64,000 bases of DNA from a virus (taxonomy: Duplodnaviria > Caudoviricetes): positions 539 to 64,538 of IMG/VR virus record IMGVR_UViG_3300049825_000745, one strand, 5' to 3'. The notes under the pieces are model-generated. The model saw nothing but the letters and a program-made list of their open reading frames with translations, was not told the origin of the DNA and did no database searches. Positions 59,508 to 64,000 of the stretch are shown here, piece after piece. A program made the translations under genes and the position numbers. The first letter of the stretch is position 1; each line of letters starts with the position of its first letter.

Positions 59508-60335
59508 CTATTGTCGAAGCCAAGTCCCCGACCAGTAGCGAACAGAATACTGTTCAACCTGACCACTAAGTGATAAGACCTCAACGGTTGCCTCAGTCGG
59601 GGGCAACCATCGTGCTTCAATTCCATTAATCAAGACTTGATTGCTGGGATGCGTTGAAATCCGGTTGCCCACAACCTGAGATTTAACAGATGGAGTGCTT
59701 GATACGATAATTCCAGAAGGTGAGGCGATCGCCTGTTGACCGCCAGAGATTTGCGCTTTTTGCCCCCTAACATTCTCAATTTCCGCGCTGCCCTCAGATA
59801 GAGCGAACACAGTTGTACCTTTGTTTACGCCACGGAAACCGCCTGTTGTGCCTGTCAGGCGAATAATATTCCCCGCGTTATTGAACACATACACCGTGTT
59901 TAGATTGGTTCTGGGCTTTACCCTAAAGCGTGTCTCAAACGGCTTGAAACACAGCCATTTTTGTGATGCTTTAATGGCAAGTTGCACCCCACCTCCGCGA
60001 CTACTAATTTGCTCAATATCAAAAACAGTACAGCTTAGCCCAAATAGCTCACCAGCGCTAAATGGGAAAAATAAAGAAATAAATCCCCCATTTTCAACTT
60101 CTGCCTTACTTCCCTGGAGAAGGAGGCTTCCTATTGCTGGGCGGGCTTTCTTGGATTGGCTGACCTTCAACCCCAGTGGGCTCGCCGATATTATATTGTT
60201 GATAACTGGGTTTAGTGCCAAAGCGGGAATCCCAAAGGAGAAAGGCAAGCCCAAAGATACCCCCAAAAGTGAAGATGGTTGCAAACCCACTAACGATGCG
60301 GCCCAGACGTGATTGCCCAAAGACCTGATTGACAT
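59508..60335 (-). CDS. Secreted FecR-like domain protein (start uncertain)
   Basis: Signal-like LLGVSLGLPFSFGIPALA; IRLTGT...TTVFALSEGSAEI...ISGGQ resembles FecR motifs. Confidence 0.55.
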   Translation of the reverse strand: MSIRSLGNHVWAASLVGLQPSSLLGVSLGLPFSFGIPALALNPVINNIISASPLGLKVSQSKKARPAIGSLLLQGSKAEVENGGFISLFFPFSAGELFGLSCTVFDIEQISSRGGGVQLAIKASQKWLCFKPFETRFRVKPRTNLNTVYVFNNAGNIIRLTGTTGGFRGVNKGTTVFALSEGSAEIENVRGQKAQISGGQQAIASPSGIIVSSTPSVKSQVVGNRISTHPSNQVLINGIEARWLPPTEATVEVLSLSGQVEQYSVRYWSGTWLRQ

Positions 60336-60903
60336 AAAATCCAAAAACCCCAGTAAATTTTTTGCCTGCCATATCCGTTGCAACATCTACGATCTGTAAT
60401 CGCGCGTTGCGGATAACTAGATCCGCTTCCCCCCGCACTGATTGAGATAAGTTCACATCTTCTGTTGCCTCTGGCGACTGGATAAACGCCACTGCATAAA
60501 GCTGGCCTTGATGCACCAATGGGCCAAACTCTAGCTTGAATTCAATTGGACGATGCCCTTGCGCATAGCCTTTTACTGATCGCGCCTGCCCGTTCTCGCT
60601 GCGGCCCATTGATTTAAGGCCAATGGCTGCATTATTTGTTTTTAGGGCTTCTTTGAAACCTTGAAAAACGCCAGCCACAAGACGATCATGGATCGCCCCC
60701 TGCATATTTTCAGGCAAGAATAAATTGATAGTATTGCCTATAATCTCATTGGCGGTATACCCAAAAATTCGGGTACAAACTACGTCAAACCAAACGATTA
60801 GCCCATCTTCATTAATTACAAGATGGGCGATTCCTTCCTGTCGGAGTGGGGTGGGGTACGCTTTGCGAACCTCCATTGCAATATCGATCGCTTCAACGGG
60901 CAT
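60106..60903 (-). CDS. PAS-domain membrane protein
   Basis: LVINEDGLIVWFD..CTRIFGYTANEIIGNTINLFLPE...H; C-terminal TM FATIFTFGGIFGLAFLLW. Confidence 0.8.
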   Translation of the reverse strand: MPVEAIDIAMEVRKAYPTPLRQEGIAHLVINEDGLIVWFDVVCTRIFGYTANEIIGNTINLFLPENMQGAIHDRLVAGVFQGFKEALKTNNAAIGLKSMGRSENGQARSVKGYAQGHRPIEFKLEFGPLVHQGQLYAVAFIQSPEATEDVNLSQSVRGEADLVIRNARLQIVDVATDMAGKKFTGVFGFYVNQVFGQSRLGRIVSGFATIFTFGGIFGLAFLLWDSRFGTKPSYQQYNIGEPTGVEGQPIQESPPSNRKPPSPGK

Positions 60904-60967
60904 AATGGGTAGGGGTCAGTGACCAATTTGATTATACCAAAAATGAACATTGAATCTAATAGGGCTG

Positions 60968-61744
60968 TTAGAAGTCGCGGCGTGACAGTGAGCAGCCCCA
61001 GAGTTCTCCTTCAGCTTTTCTTCGTCTGCGTAAGCCCGACTCAGTGGAGGTGCCAGGGTTAACGTAAAGGGAGATTGCCGCAGGGACAGCATCCCAGCTT
61101 TGTTTTTCAATGCATTTATTCAGCGTATTGAACCCATCGGCTCCAAAAGTCCACCCAGTGTTAAACGAAAAACTTAGCAATGCCCCTCGCTGCCCATCGG
61201 TAATTTCTGCCCATCTAGGCGTTGTTTTGGCTAGATGGTTCCAGAATGCTTTGAGATGAAAGCGCAATAAATCCTCAGCTTCTTGCTGAGTTATGCGATC
61301 CCCTATCTGAACCTTTCGCCCATCCTGATAGAAGGTTGCGCCATATCCAATGGTGCAAACGCCTACACCGTCGTCATAGGCATCTAATTCGCATCCTTCA
61401 AACTCTTTGATTAGATTGATGGCCTGTTGTGGGATTTTCTTTTCAGCCTGTGCTTCCGTGATGTGTAAAGCCCCTACCGCTGGACTTGATACGGTAGGGG
61501 TTAGGCTTTTTTTGGAAGAATCCAGTAGCCACACGGCGGTTGTGGGGCCAATATTATTCCCTCCAGAAAGAGAATATTTTTGCTTGAATTGAACCAATGC
61601 ATTTTGTGTTGCGGAGTTGTAAACTCCATCTGCAATAATGGAAAACCCATGCGCTACAAGGACTTGCTGAACTTCTTTGCAAAGCACAGGATCGTTTGAT
61701 AGCTCAGAGAAGGGGATTGAAGTCTTGAGATCTTTTAGTTGCAT
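60968..61744 (-). CDS. Endolysin (PG-binding domain plus GH24 lysozyme)
   Basis: ADGVYNSATQNALVQFK; LIKEFEGC.L.AY.D..GV.TIGYG; ALLSFSFNTG; GLRRRRKAE. Confidence 0.93.
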   Translation of the reverse strand: MQLKDLKTSIPFSELSNDPVLCKEVQQVLVAHGFSIIADGVYNSATQNALVQFKQKYSLSGGNNIGPTTAVWLLDSSKKSLTPTVSSPAVGALHITEAQAEKKIPQQAINLIKEFEGCELDAYDDGVGVCTIGYGATFYQDGRKVQIGDRITQQEAEDLLRFHLKAFWNHLAKTTPRWAEITDGQRGALLSFSFNTGWTFGADGFNTLNKCIEKQSWDAVPAAISLYVNPGTSTESGLRRRRKAEGELWGCSLSRRDF

Positions 61745-61956
61745 ATTTTTGATATAATCTATATGTGTTGTACACCAATGCCATAAGCGAAAACCAAGCT
61801 AACAGGTATGTGTCCAAGCAAAGATTTGAGTCTTGGGAACCAGGACTCCTGCCCTTGGAGGGTATGTAAGACCAAACGGACTACGGAGTCTTGGCGGCAA
61901 TGCCCGTTGAATTGGGAAGCCCACACTGTACCGAAGGTCAGTGTGTGGTAGTTCAC
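61739..61956 (+). mobile_element. IS605-derived omega/reRNA cassette copy 3 (218 bp, no left-end hairpin)
   Basis: TTAG|TTGCAT plus 212-bp core, ending TTCAC. Confidence 0.88.
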
Positions 61957-61961
61957 TTCAC

Positions 61962-62723
61962 TTATTCCACTTTAACGCGATGCACCCAAGCGCCTTTACG
62001 CATTGAGTCAAGTTCGCGCTTTTGATAGATGGCGATCGCGTCTGAAACTGATTGTCCCGCAACAATGGCAGCATATAACCCGTGGGCACTGTAATCGCCA
62101 TCGTATCGATCAACGCTGGGATTATTGTAAGCCCATGCCCCAAAACTGAACTCTGACCACGGATCCTTAACGCTGATTTTGTAACTCATGTTTGACGGGT
62201 CTATCGTTACACCATCTAAGCAAATCACATGGCCCGACCCGGTGAACCAGCCGTGAGTGATTAAAAACTCTCCTGCTTTTAGCCACTCTCTAATTTCAGA
62301 AAGACAGGCATTGTCATCGAAGATATAACGATCACCTAAAGCTTTTTTGAGCAGGACTCCCATCACTCCAGGGTTTCCAGGCTCTCCGATGTCTTCTAGC
62401 TCTGCCCGAATCTGCATGATGTCCGTGCGTCCCGTAGCCATTGCGATGCAGGTTGATTGACAGGTGTAGGCGTTGGGCTGAGATAACAAGCCCTTTGCTT
62501 CTAAAACCTGTTCGGCAAACGTGCCAGACACGCCCTGAGGCTTCGTCTTGACTGGCATCGGTAACGGGACAGGCGCGTTACCGTCTAGATCAAGCGCAAT
62601 AGTATGCGGACGGCTGGGAAGCAAAGGATCTCCAGTAGGAGATTTTTTTACAGTAACTTTAGACGTGAAAAACCCGTCCACCATGTAATACAAAATGCCG
62701 TCTTTATACAGTCCCCAAGCCAT
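61962..62723 (-). CDS. C39-like cysteine peptidase (candidate second lysin)
   Basis: QPNAYTCQSTCIAM, HGWFTGSGHVI, VKDPW. Confidence 0.8.
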   Translation of the reverse strand: MAWGLYKDGILYYMVDGFFTSKVTVKKSPTGDPLLPSRPHTIALDLDGNAPVPLPMPVKTKPQGVSGTFAEQVLEAKGLLSQPNAYTCQSTCIAMATGRTDIMQIRAELEDIGEPGNPGVMGVLLKKALGDRYIFDDNACLSEIREWLKAGEFLITHGWFTGSGHVICLDGVTIDPSNMSYKISVKDPWSEFSFGAWAYNNPSVDRYDGDYSAHGLYAAIVAGQSVSDAIAIYQKRELDSMRKGAWVHRVKVE

Positions 62724-63301
62724 TAGTTTTGCTCCTGTGCGATCGCCGCCAAATCTAACAGACTAATTTTACTACCTCTAGTCAATCCCTCTAGTTCAGG
62801 GTTTGGCGTGGGGATAGGGTTAGGGGGAAGGTGTAACTTCGTCCCTATTTCAACGGGGGCCAGGGCTACACTTTCAGGCCCATTATCAGCGGGAAACTGT
62901 TCCTGCTTTTGAACTGTATCAGGCGTAACTAGCTGCCCAGTCGTGGCCTTTTCTGCCAAAAGAACTTCTGCCCCCGTCATAAACACTTGATACAGCGCGT
63001 CTTTTTTATTTCGCCCTGGTTTGCCGTCTGGGGTGTAGTTGTAGGGGCGGCAAGCGTGGTCAGCGTATAGCGCCGCTCCTACTTTTTTGTTGCCCGTATA
63101 AAACGCTGTGAGCGCAATTACAGCAACGCCAGGTGTAACATATTTCTGGATTTGGGGAGGCAGCAATGCCCCTACTCCAATCTGGTCGAGGAAGGCAACG
63201 CCCCCCGCAATCCCCGCGACTAAATTGCTAAATCTTCTCAACCACTTAACCTGGGAAATCGTAAATGATTCATCAATTAACTTGGGCGGCCTGACGTCCA
63301 T
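62723..63301 (-). CDS. Two-TM membrane protein, candidate holin
   Basis: Two hydrophobic segments near the N-terminus; first gene of the lysis operon, TAATG-coupled. Confidence 0.45.
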   Translation of the reverse strand: MDVRPPKLIDESFTISQVKWLRRFSNLVAGIAGGVAFLDQIGVGALLPPQIQKYVTPGVAVIALTAFYTGNKKVGAALYADHACRPYNYTPDGKPGRNKKDALYQVFMTGAEVLLAEKATTGQLVTPDTVQKQEQFPADNGPESVALAPVEIGTKLHLPPNPIPTPNPELEGLTRGSKISLLDLAAIAQEQN

Positions 63302-63779
63302 AAAAATCCTCGTTTTATCTAATATTATCCTTTAGAGTCCCGATATGCTTGCATCAGGTAAGTATATCGGGACTTTATTTACGTTCCAAATACGCTTTCT
63401 AGTTGGGCGATCACCGCTGCATCAATCGAAGCGGTTTTCTGCCCAAAGAAGTCGTCGAGCTTTATTCATATTAGCGCAAAGCCTTGCCCTGACTGCTTCT
63501 TAGTATTTCTTCGTTTCAGCAGTTCTAGAGTAATTTATAAACAATGGGGCATTAAATGCCGCACCCCAATGATCAACCCTGACATACTCAGCAGGAACAT
63601 GATCTGGACGGTTCGACTCAGATTCTTTCAGTAACAATGTAAAATCAATATCGGACATGCTTTGTTGCTCCAAAGTGTGTCCCCCTATTCTAACAGGCTC
63701 CCACCACGCCGGACCCCTTCAACCCTGACCCCATGCCGAGATCGCCAAGAACATGCTACGGTAACAAAGGACGATTTAG

Positions 63780-63997
63780 TTGCATATTTTTGATATAATC
63801 TATATGTGTTGTACACCAATGCCATAAGCGAAAACCAAGCTAACAGGTATGTGTCCAAGCAAAGATTTGAGTCTTGGGAACCAGGACTCCTGCCCTTGGA
63901 GGGTATGTAAGACCAAACGGACTACGGAGTCTTGGCGGCAATGCCCGTTGAATTGGGAAGCCCACACTGTACCGAAGGTCAGTGTGTGGTAGTTCAC
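63780..63997 (+). mobile_element. IS605-derived omega/reRNA cassette copy 4 (218 bp, no left-end hairpin)
   Basis: TTAG|TTGCAT plus core, same as copy 3 but with different flanks. Confidence 0.88.
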
Positions 63998-64000
63998 ACG

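Noticed and set aside
61759-61956. 65-aa antisense ORF repeated in all cassette copies as a real gene
   Set aside because: Identity follows from DNA identity, its start lies in the right-end motif, and no family is recognisable. It is kept only as a side note in the endolysin finding.
63998-64000. Copy 4 flank ACG equals the start of the copy 1 flank (same guide or misassembly)
   Set aside because: Only 3 nt are visible and the left junctions differ, so this cannot be decided.
1-64000. tRNA, rRNA, integrase/att sites, cas or RT genes
   Set aside because: None recognised by eye, so prophage versus free or plasmid-like phage cannot be settled from this window.

Overview
Most of a large siphovirus-type phage or prophage of a cyanobacterium, inferred from very frequent HIP1 GCGATCGC sites. 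Layout: IS605 element (tnpB/tnpA) at the left edge; portal, head, neck and tail module with a 3084-aa enzymatic tape measure; lambda-like K/I/J/M/L tail-tip genes and a beta-helix tailspike; replication genes (VRR-NUC, SNF2 helicase, CHC2, primase-helicase, palindromic origin); terminases; a second virion-like cluster split by a methylase/nuclease cassette; and a lysis region with PAS and FecR-like genes. The most notable signal is four dispersed copies of an identical 212-bp non-coding core (extended -10 promoter, TnpB-type omega/reRNA scaffold, IS605 right end TCAC). Each copy sits after TTAG, and the three fully readable 3' flanks (would-be guides) differ. Three of the four lack the left-end hairpin normally needed for transposition. 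One splits a gene and one supplies the endolysin start codon. All calls are from reading the sequence and recalled motifs; no searches were run.
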